The notes under the pieces are model-generated. The model made no database searches. It was not told the origin of the DNA and saw only the letters and a program-made list of their open reading frames with translations. Positions 7,876 to 16,732 of a stretch of DNA of 25,890 nt are shown piece by piece. The stretch's first letter is position 1. Each line of letters opens with the position of its first letter. The stretch covers positions 1 through 25,890 of IMG/VR virus record IMGVR_UViG_3300038674_000458; one strand, given 5' to 3'. Source of the stretch: a virus (taxonomy: Duplodnaviria; Caudoviricetes). Made by a program: the position numbers and the translations under genes.

Positions 7876-8360
7876 TTCGTGTCCTCCTTGGAGATTCCGA
7901 CGAGGATTTCGTCGTACAAGATGCCGTTTTTAAGAAACGACTTTTTGATGAGACCTTCTTTCCTTAACCCCGCCTGGAGTGCAAACAAAATGGCCGGCCG
8001 GTTGCAGGACGGCACGAAGGATATCACCTTGACGATCGGCGTGTTTTCCCATATCCACGCAATCGTCCGCTTCGCGGCGTCCAGCCCCTCCTTACCCCGA
8101 CCTTCCGGGAGAATGCTCGTATGAACTTCGGAACAGACCGCGTTCCGCGGGAAAAGCATGAACACAGACATCTCGTTCGGCATAAGGGCGTACACCTGCG
8201 GGAGCTCGAGGATCGACCGGTACGTTTCATCCGACGGGATCGGCGTCAGGTCGTCCGTCGTCCACGGCGCGACTTCCGGATGGGACAGGACACGCATGAC
8301 GCTCCCAATATCCTCGGGGCCGCAACGGTGCACGTTAAGTCCTGGCAACAAAGTATCCAT
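7860..8360 (-). CDS. GNAT-fold acetyltransferase (DUF2824 / T7 gp13 / P22 gp14-like morphogenesis protein)
   Basis: EVHTSILPEGRGK..VPSCNRPAILFALQAGLRKEG GNAT signature. Canonical position before ejection genes. ATG 8360 with GGAG upstream; alternative GTG at 8372. Confidence 0.85.
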   Translation of the reverse strand: MDTLLPGLNVHRCGPEDIGSVMRVLSHPEVAPWTTDDLTPIPSDETYRSILELPQVYALMPNEMSVFMLFPRNAVCSEVHTSILPEGRGKEGLDAAKRTIAWIWENTPIVKVISFVPSCNRPAILFALQAGLRKEGLIKKSFLKNGILYDEILVGISKEDTKWPQR

Positions 8361-8958
8361 TCGGTTCTGCACTCCAATAATTCGCGTGGAAGTAGTTCTT
8401 GTGGAAATACCCCTGGTACGGGGTGATGATCTCCGCGAGTTTCAGGGCCGCGATGATCTCGTTCACCTTGGCCTTGATCTCATTCACCATGGCCATTGTC
8501 GTACCCGGGTCGACCGCGTCAGCCGTGAGAATCGTCTGTATGGATTCCTGCTGCTTCACCCCGAGGGCTGTCCCGTTAATCTTCTCGAGCCCTCTTGTAG
8601 ACGCCAGGACAAGGGTAAGCACCTCGGAAACGATCGTGAACACATCCCCGAGTTTCGCCCCGCCCCGCTGCGCGGCCGCCATGAGCTTCGGAGGTTGATC
8701 GTCGGCCAGGACGCCGGAAAGTCCTGTCACGTCGATCTCATCGTACTCCCCGCTCTGATGGGAACTTGCGTGCTTGGCCGGGATCAAGGGCGCGGTGTTC
8801 ATCATCGGGATCCCGCGCAAGTCCAAAGGACCAGAAAAACGTACAGCACGGCCGCCCTCCCCCTTCATCCGGGAGATTTCCTCCCAGACGAGCCGGAAGT
8901 GCTCGTTCAGCTGATCCTCGAAATTCGGGTCTTTCACATGGACATTCGGCGGCTTCAT
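8335..8958 (-). CDS. Tail needle/fibre-like structural protein, 207 aa
   Basis: ATG 8958 overlaps the upstream stop (ATGA). HASSHQSGEYDEI His motif and coiled-coil MVNEIKAKVNEIIAALKLAEII are typical of trimeric phage fibres. P22 gp26-like position. Confidence 0.55.
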   Translation of the reverse strand: MKPPNVHVKDPNFEDQLNEHFRLVWEEISRMKGEGGRAVRFSGPLDLRGIPMMNTAPLIPAKHASSHQSGEYDEIDVTGLSGVLADDQPPKLMAAAQRGGAKLGDVFTIVSEVLTLVLASTRGLEKINGTALGVKQQESIQTILTADAVDPGTTMAMVNEIKAKVNEIIAALKLAEIITPYQGYFHKNYFHANYWSAEPNGYFVART

Positions 8959-11114
8959 TCGAGAAACCAGGGCTCGTAGATTTTCACGTCTTTGTCCGTA
9001 GTCGTGTCGATCCGGAACCCCACGCGATAGAAGTTTCCTTTCGGCAGGGAGATAGATTTCCGGACGCGGCCGACGGTGGCCGGCAGCGTGAGCGGGGAAT
9101 ATTCGAGCCCATCGCAAATCGGGGTGATCGTGACGGTCGCTCCATCGGTGTCAATATCGTATTGAAGTTTCGAGAAGGTGCCGGCGTCGACGAGCCCGTT
9201 GGTCGGATATTCCTTTGTGGTGAGCTCGAAGGTCCTCTCCCCTGTCCCGCCGGCGAGCGTCATCAGGTTCCCGTTCTCGTCGCCCAGATAGACCGTCCCG
9301 GTGGTCACATCAACGAAACCGGCAGACGCAGCGCGATCCCCTTCAGTCCCGCGGGCGTTTTCGAGGCCGCCCACGAGGTCGACAACGAGCTCCCGATTGT
9401 TCACCTCCGAGGTTCCCGTAGGGTAATAGAGCCGGTAGAACCGGCCATCCCAGAGGGCGAACGCCTTGTCGAAGGCATCCCAATTCACGTTCGCCATGAG
9501 GTTCTTCCCCTGGTCGAAGAACAAGGTCGTGTGGTATTCGTTGAACACCCACAACCCGCTTTCCCGGGGGAAGATGATCCCGTAGGGGGTCGTACATGCG
9601 GATTTGTCGGTGAGAGGTCCGATCGTCGCCTGGGTCGGGTCGAACGTCCAGACATCCGGCGTGCGCCCGCGGAGCCGTTTCCATCCCTTCTTGCAGCCGA
9701 CATAAATCGTGTCGTTGTATACCTTGAGAGCCGTGTTGTCCTCGTCGTCGAACACCGTGGAATTGAAGCCGTCCCAACCGGTGTCAAGCGACTGCGGCTC
9801 CATCGGCTGCGTCCACCAGATATACCGCCCGTAATTTGGGACGCCGGCGAAGAATAAGACCTTGTTCTTCATCACGATCATCGTCCCGATTCCGCCCAGG
9901 GATCCCACCGGCTCGTCGGGCTCCCACTCCGTGTCAAGGATCTTCACGAATTGGTTGCCGTATTCGTTTAAGTATCCTTTCGCCTCGAAGGCGTAAAGCG
10001 TCCCGTCCTTACCGGTGTGTAAAGAGAGGTATCCGGTGGTTCCTACATCAATGTAAACCGACGACGTAATCCCGAAGGGCCATGCCGTGGAACGATATAC
10101 CGTCGGATTAGTGCCGAACCCGAAGTAAATTGCTCTTTTTTTATTTGATTCGACAATGTCGAAGGCGTCGACTGCGACCCCTTCACCCGCACTATAATCG
10201 GTGAACGCGGTCAGCTTCTCATATGCGATCGCTCCGGTTGCCGTGTTATATCGGAAATAAATAGGTACAGCATGCAACGCGGTTCCATCCGAGTAACTCC
10301 CGTAGGAGAACCAATATACATAATCGTCCGTCCACGCCTTGTACCTTTGGGGAGTCCCTGGAAAATAGAAGCCCGACCGGTATAGGAAACTATTGAGGCC
10401 AAGCTGGCTGTGAATTTGAGAAGCATACGGAAGCGGGCCGGGAAGCATATTCCCGCCGATTGATGCGTAATAGCAGCAATTCGATCGGTCATCCGTATCC
10501 TTGTGGGCTACCCATGCTTCGTGCGGGAACGCCTTGTCGAAAACCGGGGACAGTTCTCCACCCATGGACCCGACTCCGGTCTTGAATCCGGAAGTCACGC
10601 TACTGCCGTACATCTTCGTTACTGCTCCCTGTTGCCCCCCACCGGAAACCGCCATGAAAAACATCGTCCCGTTCCATGTAGGGATAGAGGACGTAAATCC
10701 TGCAAGCTCGAGAGACTGCCACAAGCCCGGGTTAGGCCCTTTGTCCGTAAGGAGATTGGTAAAAGTTCCATCCAATACATTGATTTCCAATATCGAAACG
10801 TCGCTTTTTATCGGAGATCCGACCAAATTTTGCGTTCCGTGAGCTATAACATAGTGCGGAGTAGAATCCGTTTCTCCATTAAGAAAGTCGAAATTCACAT
10901 CAAGAGCTGCTCCATAGAACCTATGATTGTTCAAAATCGTCCCGAGGTCGACGATCAGCGTCGGGGACGAATCTCCCCACTTGATCGTATAAAAAGCCCA
11001 TCCGCTGCCGTAGGGCGCCAAGAAATAGAAGCGGTCGAAATCCCTCACGTCTTGGCAAACAGCCCTCGGCGCCACGGTGTCCAACAGCACTCTGCCAACG
11101 ATGGTCAACGCCAT
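8955..11114 (-). CDS. Tail protein, 719 aa: low-GC N-terminal beta-rich domain fused to the C-terminal part of a tail nozzle/tubular protein B-like beta-propeller
   Basis: C-terminal ~310 aa (LFFAG..IWWTQPMEP..IGPLTDKSACTTPYGIIFPRESGLWVF..WDGRFYRLYY..FELTTKEY) resembles P22 gp10/T7 gp12-type nozzle propellers. N-terminal ~400 aa is Tyr/Gly/Ser-rich and lower in GC. Confidence 0.7.
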   Translation of the reverse strand: MALTIVGRVLLDTVAPRAVCQDVRDFDRFYFLAPYGSGWAFYTIKWGDSSPTLIVDLGTILNNHRFYGAALDVNFDFLNGETDSTPHYVIAHGTQNLVGSPIKSDVSILEINVLDGTFTNLLTDKGPNPGLWQSLELAGFTSSIPTWNGTMFFMAVSGGGQQGAVTKMYGSSVTSGFKTGVGSMGGELSPVFDKAFPHEAWVAHKDTDDRSNCCYYASIGGNMLPGPLPYASQIHSQLGLNSFLYRSGFYFPGTPQRYKAWTDDYVYWFSYGSYSDGTALHAVPIYFRYNTATGAIAYEKLTAFTDYSAGEGVAVDAFDIVESNKKRAIYFGFGTNPTVYRSTAWPFGITSSVYIDVGTTGYLSLHTGKDGTLYAFEAKGYLNEYGNQFVKILDTEWEPDEPVGSLGGIGTMIVMKNKVLFFAGVPNYGRYIWWTQPMEPQSLDTGWDGFNSTVFDDEDNTALKVYNDTIYVGCKKGWKRLRGRTPDVWTFDPTQATIGPLTDKSACTTPYGIIFPRESGLWVFNEYHTTLFFDQGKNLMANVNWDAFDKAFALWDGRFYRLYYPTGTSEVNNRELVVDLVGGLENARGTEGDRAASAGFVDVTTGTVYLGDENGNLMTLAGGTGERTFELTTKEYPTNGLVDAGTFSKLQYDIDTDGATVTITPICDGLEYSPLTLPATVGRVRKSISLPKGNFYRVGFRIDTTTDKDVKIYEPWFLE

Positions 11115-11117
11115 AGG

Positions 11118-12074
11118 TTATGCTCCGAAGATCGGGCGATACCGTTCTCGGAGGAACGGCGCGCACAGCACGAGGTCGTCGTCGCTGAGATTGTCGTCGT
11201 AGGAAACCGATCCGATGTCCACCTCTCCAACGAAAAACGGTCCCACAATCACGTCCGGGGGCAAGCTCATGTTGCTTGCGATCTTCTTGTTGGTCTGCGC
11301 CCGAATCATGTCCTGGAACAGGTTCCCGTACTTGAGAACGCCGGCCGTTTGCTCCAAGGAAACCTGCCTCGATTCGATCGCCTTCCGAGCGTCATCAAGG
11401 GATGCGGTGAGGCCAGTCTTATCTCGGTAAAGGCGCAGGTGGGTAATCTGCGAATCCGGAGCCACGGCCGGCAAAGTCCACTTGATTGCCTGAAGGGAGG
11501 TGACGATATGCCCCTCCGGGGAGAGGTCAGTTTCGTATTCCGTCCCATCGAGATACTTGGCGACATAGGTGTAGAACAAGCGATAGGTGCCCTCGGTAAC
11601 GCCCGTTCCGCCGAGGATCGCGGTGGGGGCATCTTGGGGGTTTTCGATTCCCCAGGTCGAGGGACTCATCGTCGGGAGGTAGAACTTCACCTTTGCCTCA
11701 CCATCGGTGACGTACAGGAAATTCTCGTAGGCGATCATGGCGAGGTCGTTACCATTGAACAGGGAATAGATCGTCTGCCTCGTCATGGTCGTCTTGTCGT
11801 AGTGATACAAGTTCACGCCGGCGCCGACGAACAGGTTGTCTCCGGTGCAATAGATTGAATGGACGCGATCCCCGAGGCCGGTATCAAGAACAAGGTTGGG
11901 CTTGGCAATCTTGAGCTCTCCGAAGTTCTCGAAGTCCGCGTTGAGCAAGGTCGCCGCTTCCCCGTCCTGCAGGAGCATCCGGTTCTTCTGAAAGGTATTG
12001 ATGCCCCGCTGGAAATTAATATCCGGGGGACCCTGAAGTCCTGCCCGCCGCGAGGGAGTTTTCGGAGCAGCCAT
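11118..12074 (-). CDS. Tail nozzle/tubular protein B-like protein, N-terminal part, 318 aa
   Basis: ATG 12074 in a TAATG overlap with the adaptor stop. FQRGINT..GEAATLLNADF..GELK opening and WGIENPQDAPT..GTYRLFYTYV..ETDLSP..RLYR..YDDNLSDDDL pattern typical of podoviral nozzle/stabilisation proteins. Confidence 0.7.
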   Translation of the reverse strand: MAAPKTPSRRAGLQGPPDINFQRGINTFQKNRMLLQDGEAATLLNADFENFGELKIAKPNLVLDTGLGDRVHSIYCTGDNLFVGAGVNLYHYDKTTMTRQTIYSLFNGNDLAMIAYENFLYVTDGEAKVKFYLPTMSPSTWGIENPQDAPTAILGGTGVTEGTYRLFYTYVAKYLDGTEYETDLSPEGHIVTSLQAIKWTLPAVAPDSQITHLRLYRDKTGLTASLDDARKAIESRQVSLEQTAGVLKYGNLFQDMIRAQTNKKIASNMSLPPDVIVGPFFVGEVDIGSVSYDDNLSDDDLVLCAPFLRERYRPIFGA

Positions 12075-13210
12075 TACAGCTCCCCGATGTAGTCCGGATC
12101 CATTTCTATCGCCTCCGGGAATCCGAGGTTGTCGCCGTTCATCTGTTTTCCGCTCGATAAGGTATCTGCCCACAAGGTCAGGTAAGACGTGGAGAGCGTC
12201 TTGTCGACGCGCCCGTCGTGCTCGGTCCCAATGAGCATCCCTGCCGCGAACCATTCCAGACCGTCATGAAAGATCGACGGGATTTCCGGATACTGCTGTG
12301 CGTTTGCCAACTTGGCCGCTTCCCGGACATACTCGAATTCCACATTCCCTTTCGGGGTCGTGATATTCGCCAGAACGCCGATCTCCGTGTTGAAGATGTA
12401 TTGCTCGGTATCCGACTGCCAGGAGGTCAAAACACCGTACTCCCCGGCATAGATGATGATGGAATCCCCTTCGTCGAAATCGTTGTCCGTCCCGCCGGCA
12501 AGGGTGACGGTTATCTTGTCGTTGGTCGCGTCCTGGTCGCCGACGGCCGTGATGGAGCCCTTTGATCCATCGGTGAGGTTCTCGATCACCATTCCCGCAA
12601 CCACGCCAAGGGCTGCAAGATCCCGCCCTTCCGCATCAACGTAAAACGCGGAATCACCGAACCCGGTCTTATGGTTTCCGAGAATGTTATTCCCGATGGA
12701 GAAGTTGGTTCCAGAAACGATTACCCCGGGATCCGAAGCGCCGGTATACGCTTCCCCGTCGGCGTCCGGGATCGGCATCAGGCCGAACAGGCGGGTATTC
12801 CCGAAAACGGGGCCGAGCATGATTCCGCGGGGGGAGCCGACCTGATCACGCCATGTCCCCGAAACATTGTCGAGGCGCTGCATGGAGGTCCGTTTGAGAC
12901 GGGTGTACCCGGAGCCGTCGGCCGCTCGGTATCTGGCCGGCCAGCGGGCATCGACAAAATCATGGAAGTTGGTCGGCAGCTTGTAATAGCGGGTGCCCGA
13001 CTTGATCTGGGCGATTGCCTTGGCTTTCAAGAGGCGCGTTTGATGGCAGAAGATCCGGAGCCCCTGATTAAGATATGCGCGGATCTCGTCCTGGGTGTAG
13101 CGGGTGAAGGTCTGCGCGGGCTCCCCGAGCTTGGACAGAACGCCGTCCTCGAGCTCGGTAAGGGTTTTCCCGGAGAAAAGCCCCGTGGTGGTCGTCTGCA
13201 GTTCAGGCAT
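12074..13210 (-). CDS. Head-tail adaptor / tail tubular protein A-like, 378 aa, with an inserted beta domain
   Basis: TLTELEDGVLSKLGE..EIRAYLNQGLRIF..YKLPTNF N-terminus and PEIPSIFHDGLEWFAAG C-terminus typical of P22 gp4/T7 gp11-type adaptors. Position before the nozzle genes. Confidence 0.8.
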   Translation of the reverse strand: MPELQTTTTGLFSGKTLTELEDGVLSKLGEPAQTFTRYTQDEIRAYLNQGLRIFCHQTRLLKAKAIAQIKSGTRYYKLPTNFHDFVDARWPARYRAADGSGYTRLKRTSMQRLDNVSGTWRDQVGSPRGIMLGPVFGNTRLFGLMPIPDADGEAYTGASDPGVIVSGTNFSIGNNILGNHKTGFGDSAFYVDAEGRDLAALGVVAGMVIENLTDGSKGSITAVGDQDATNDKITVTLAGGTDNDFDEGDSIIIYAGEYGVLTSWQSDTEQYIFNTEIGVLANITTPKGNVEFEYVREAAKLANAQQYPEIPSIFHDGLEWFAAGMLIGTEHDGRVDKTLSTSYLTLWADTLSSGKQMNGDNLGFPEAIEMDPDYIGEL

Positions 13211-13502
13211 TACGAGGTCCCTTTCTCCCGCGTCTTTTCACGAAGGTTTCCGCGATCTCGCTGCTGGTGTTGGCTTCGCCGAATTCGCCCAGGAATGGAT
13301 CCCCGGGGAGTTCGGCGCCCGCGAGGCCCTCCGTATCGAGGGCCTTATCCCGGGCTTCCTCCGGAACGACTTGGGGAATCTGCCCGGGGAGCAGTTCCTC
13401 CGTCACCGGATCGAATTTCCACGGTCCTTGGGTAATCCACCGCTTCTCACCGTCGACGCCGATCCCGGAAGGGCGATGAGGGTCGAATTTTGGCGTCGCC
13501 AT
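13203..13502 (-). CDS. Hypothetical phage protein, 99 aa
   Basis: AAGGAGG RBS before ATG 13502 (MATPKFDPHRP..). Basic C-terminal tail KRRGRK. The longer ORF-track start is not supported. Confidence 0.7.
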   Translation of the reverse strand: MATPKFDPHRPSGIGVDGEKRWITQGPWKFDPVTEELLPGQIPQVVPEEARDKALDTEGLAGAELPGDPFLGEFGEANTSSEIAETFVKRRGRKGPRNA

Positions 13503-15028
13503 TTGCGATATACCTCCTTCATTTTCGGCAGGATGTCGGACGGATCGAATTCCGAGGCACATTGGCACACCCGGAACCGCTCGTCTTTCGGGCAGTCGTT
13601 TTCGAGGAACACCATGCGATGGCAGGGGGAACATGCGGCCCGGGACTGCACCGAGTAGTCGTTCTCCCAATACTTGCAAAGGTTCGCCCAGGAAGAATGG
13701 GTGAGCATACAGATTTTCGGCGTCGGGAAGCAGCCGGCGATGTTCAGAACACCGGTTTCGGGACCTACCACAAGATCCGCATATTTGACGGCCGCCGCCA
13801 CGTTCCGGATCGTCCATCGGCCGGCGCGGTGCAGGAAGTTCGGGTCGTCGTCACAGCAGAGTTCGAGCAGCTTCTCGGGGGCTCCCCCGACGGTGATGAA
13901 CAGGACTTCCGGATGTTCCCTCCGGAACGCCTCCATGCAGAGGTTGAAAAAGGGGAACCGCTTGTGGGGACCGGATCCCCCCAGGGCCCATATCACAATG
14001 AACCGACCGGCGGTTGCGGCCCGGAAGATCCGGGCATTGAGCTCTTCCTCGTTTGAGAGGAAAATTTCCCCATTCTCCCCTCTCGCGTCGATGCCGGCGG
14101 CCTTGAGGGCGTAGTCGTAGTAGTTGATCAGCCCGTACTTTAACCGCCGCTCCTTGTCAGGGAGGTCGTAGTCGGGGGATTTCCGCTTGATCTGCAGGAG
14201 GGCCTCCTCACAAGTTCCCGAGAGGTTTATGAACCGGTCGAAGTTCTTGGAGAGCCGTTCCCAATATTCCTCGAGCTCCGCGTTGGCGACTTCGTTGGAG
14301 CCCTGATAGATGATCCGATCGACGTTCGGATTGTGGCGCAGGATCTCCAGGCCGTTCTCGGAGGTGTTGACGGTGACGTGATACCCCTCTTGTTTCAGGT
14401 GTCGGATGACGGGCGTGGCGATGATGATGTCGCCGATCCCGCCGTACCGGACGACGCACGCGGTTTTCTCGTTCTTCATCGGGGCCCGGGAAACCAGCGG
14501 GGGCACGCCGGCGAAGTCTGCAATCTTCTGCACAACCAAGTCGAAGGAATACTCGTCGCCCTCGGAGTGAACCTCCATATGCAGCGTCTTGTAGGAAGCG
14601 AATTCGTTCAGCATCCGGAAGATGTCGGCCGGCTCGAAATCGTTCTTGTGGGCGGGGTTTGCCCCGGGCTGTCCCATCCTGGGGTAGTGGTCCTTGTGGG
14701 GCAGGTACAGCACGAGGTTCCCGCCCGGGCGGATTACCCTCCACCATTCCTGAAGCGCCAGCACGGGATTCGAGAGATCCTCGAGACAATGGGACGAGAA
14801 GACGTAGTCGAAGGTGCCGTCGGCAAATAGGGTCAAGCCGTTCTCCAGGTCGATCGCAAGGTCGGCCTGGGAGCCGTTCGCCTTGCCGATGTCGAGCCCG
14901 ATCGCCGAGGTCTTGATTTTCTCCGCGCCGCATCCGATATCGAGCCCCTGCCCTTCGCAGTACCCGATGAGCCGCGGCCGGCACTTCTTCACCTCCGGGA
15001 CGTAGGGGGCTTTCGGGTCCCAGGTCAT
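13403..15028 (-). CDS. Class I SAM methyltransferase fused to a GT9 (heptosyltransferase-like) glycosyltransferase, 541 aa
   Basis: ATG 15028 in an ATGA overlap. GLDIGCGAEK, FDYVFSSHCLED and WWRVIRPGG (methyltransferase); VVRYGGIGDIIIATPVI, HKRFP, ADLVVGPETGVLNIAG (GT9); Cys motif CSPCHR..C..C.C. Confidence 0.9.
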   Translation of the reverse strand: MTWDPKAPYVPEVKKCRPRLIGYCEGQGLDIGCGAEKIKTSAIGLDIGKANGSQADLAIDLENGLTLFADGTFDYVFSSHCLEDLSNPVLALQEWWRVIRPGGNLVLYLPHKDHYPRMGQPGANPAHKNDFEPADIFRMLNEFASYKTLHMEVHSEGDEYSFDLVVQKIADFAGVPPLVSRAPMKNEKTACVVRYGGIGDIIIATPVIRHLKQEGYHVTVNTSENGLEILRHNPNVDRIIYQGSNEVANAELEEYWERLSKNFDRFINLSGTCEEALLQIKRKSPDYDLPDKERRLKYGLINYYDYALKAAGIDARGENGEIFLSNEEELNARIFRAATAGRFIVIWALGGSGPHKRFPFFNLCMEAFRREHPEVLFITVGGAPEKLLELCCDDDPNFLHRAGRWTIRNVAAAVKYADLVVGPETGVLNIAGCFPTPKICMLTHSSWANLCKYWENDYSVQSRAACSPCHRMVFLENDCPKDERFRVCQCASEFDPSDILPKMKEVYRKWRRQNSTLIALPGSASTVRSGGLPKDRGNSIR

Positions 15029-15723
15029 TCCTTCACCCCCACCATCGTCACCAGGTCGAAGGGGGATTCCGGGTTCCGGATCTCGCCTTCCTTGAAGTCC
15101 CACCATTTGACGCAAAAGCCAAGCTTCTCGAACAAGGCGTAAAGAGCCGGCACGGTGTAATAGTGCAGGTGCTCCCCGGGCTTGTAATGCCTCCATTCCC
15201 GGAATCTGGATGGGTGGACGTTCCCCGCGTTCGGCGTGAGGATGACCAGAACATTCGGGTCGATCCGCTCGATGACGCTGCGCGGGTGCTGGATATGCTC
15301 GATCACGTCGAACATGGTGAGGACCTGCGTGTCGTGGATCAGGTCCCCGATGACGGTGCTCCCTTCCGGGAGGTAGTAGGGAGAAAAAGGATTGATGTCC
15401 ACGCCGGCCAGATTCAACCCCGGGGGGGCGTTCTCGTACTGCAGGAACGCCCCGGCCCCGGCCCCGAAGTCGAGGACGTTGGTGTGCCCGTTCATGAAGC
15501 GGCGCACCGTCGCCCAACGATGGGCGGAAATGATCTTGCTCTTGTGGGTTTTCGCCAGCTCAGCATAGTGCTCGAAGTAATCCTTTCCGTACAGGTCCTC
15601 CCTGCACGGGAAATCCAGCGTGATCCGCCCACACATCGGGCACCGCCAGAGGTGCGGTTCTTGCTTCACCATTCCGATCCTGCAGGTATCGCAGATCCCG
15701 GTGAACCAGCTCGATTCGTTCAA
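15025..15723 (-). CDS. Class I SAM-dependent methyltransferase with N-terminal Zn-ribbon, 232 aa
   Basis: TTG start after GAGGGGGAG. CDTC..CPMC, VLDFGAGAGAFL, TMFDVIEHI, ILTPN and EHLHYYT, the pattern of glycan-associated methyltransferases. Confidence 0.88.
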   Translation of the reverse strand: MNESSWFTGICDTCRIGMVKQEPHLWRCPMCGRITLDFPCREDLYGKDYFEHYAELAKTHKSKIISAHRWATVRRFMNGHTNVLDFGAGAGAFLQYENAPPGLNLAGVDINPFSPYYLPEGSTVIGDLIHDTQVLTMFDVIEHIQHPRSVIERIDPNVLVILTPNAGNVHPSRFREWRHYKPGEHLHYYTVPALYALFEKLGFCVKWWDFKEGEIRNPESPFDLVTMVGVKE

Positions 15724-16711
15724 AGATCTCCCCCTCGTTGAAATAGTCGTTGCACGGCGTCCGTCCGTCCCCGCGAACGGACAGGTAGCAATCCTCGGGC
15801 TTGTAGATCGCCCTCAAGCAGGGCGAACAAGAGATAGAGGACTGTAAGGAATGGTCGTAGATATGCCCGCTGACTGCCTGTGCTACTGAAGAAGTCGTGC
15901 AGAGCATGGTTTTCGGCGTTCCCCACATCCCCGCGCCGACCAGGAGCCCCGTTTCCGGGCCGATGACGTAATCGGCGTACCGTGCCAGGAGAAGGGCCCG
16001 CCGGAAGGCCAAGCCGGCACGCGGATCGGGAATTTTGATCCGGTCGCTTCCGATCGCGTGGAATTCCGGCCGGCGCGCTGCCAGCGTTTCGGGATCGGAA
16101 ACAAGGAGGATGTAGGCGTCCTTGAATTCTTCGACGATCTTCCGGGCGATCGACGCTGCCTGGGGGAACCGCTTCTGCGCGTTGGAGCCGGCAAGCGCCA
16201 TCAGGACCAGGAAGCCGACATCCCCGCGGACTTTCTTGGCCCACTCGATTTCCCACTCGTAGAAGGCGGCGGTCCCGCACTCCCCCGGAAGCCGCTCACG
16301 GGAGAGTCCTGCGGCCGCCAGAGACAGCGAATAGAACGATTCGCCAGGGAGGGAGTTCCTCCGCTGTTCGATCGACCACTCGAAGTTGTCATCCCCACGC
16401 GCGGGGATCAGCGTCGTTTCGATCGTGTTGGAGAGGTTGACGACAAGATCCGGCTGGAAACCTTCCACGTCCTCATCCATCACCTTCTGGATCTTCGCGG
16501 AAACATCTTCCGGAGATTCCGAGAAGAACGGGGGCTCGTAGAACGTCATCCCCTCGAATCGCGTGTCGGCATCGAAGATTTCCTTCCCCTTGAAGCCCGT
16601 GTGCAGATACAGGACGTTCCCCTGCTCCCGCAGCCGGTCGATTACCGGCAAGGTGTAGAGCAGGTCGCCGAACGCCCCGTACCGCCAGAGCATGATCCGC
16701 TTTCCCTTCAT
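15560..16711 (-). CDS. GT9 family glycosyltransferase (heptosyltransferase-like)
   Basis: ATG 16711 after a G-rich RBS. WRYGAFGDLLYTLPVI, QKRFP, ADYVIGPETGLLVGAG..TPKTML and CSPCLR..C..C. Paralogous to the GT9 half of 13403-15028. Confidence 0.9.
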   Translation of the reverse strand: MKGKRIMLWRYGAFGDLLYTLPVIDRLREQGNVLYLHTGFKGKEIFDADTRFEGMTFYEPPFFSESPEDVSAKIQKVMDEDVEGFQPDLVVNLSNTIETTLIPARGDDNFEWSIEQRRNSLPGESFYSLSLAAAGLSRERLPGECGTAAFYEWEIEWAKKVRGDVGFLVLMALAGSNAQKRFPQAASIARKIVEEFKDAYILLVSDPETLAARRPEFHAIGSDRIKIPDPRAGLAFRRALLLARYADYVIGPETGLLVGAGMWGTPKTMLCTTSSVAQAVSGHIYDHSLQSSISCSPCLRAIYKPEDCYLSVRGDGRTPCNDYFNEGEIFERIELVHRDLRYLQDRNGEARTAPLAVPDVWADHAGFPVQGGPVRKGLLRALC

Positions 16712-16732
16712 CTTTCCCCCCGGAAAGGTTGC

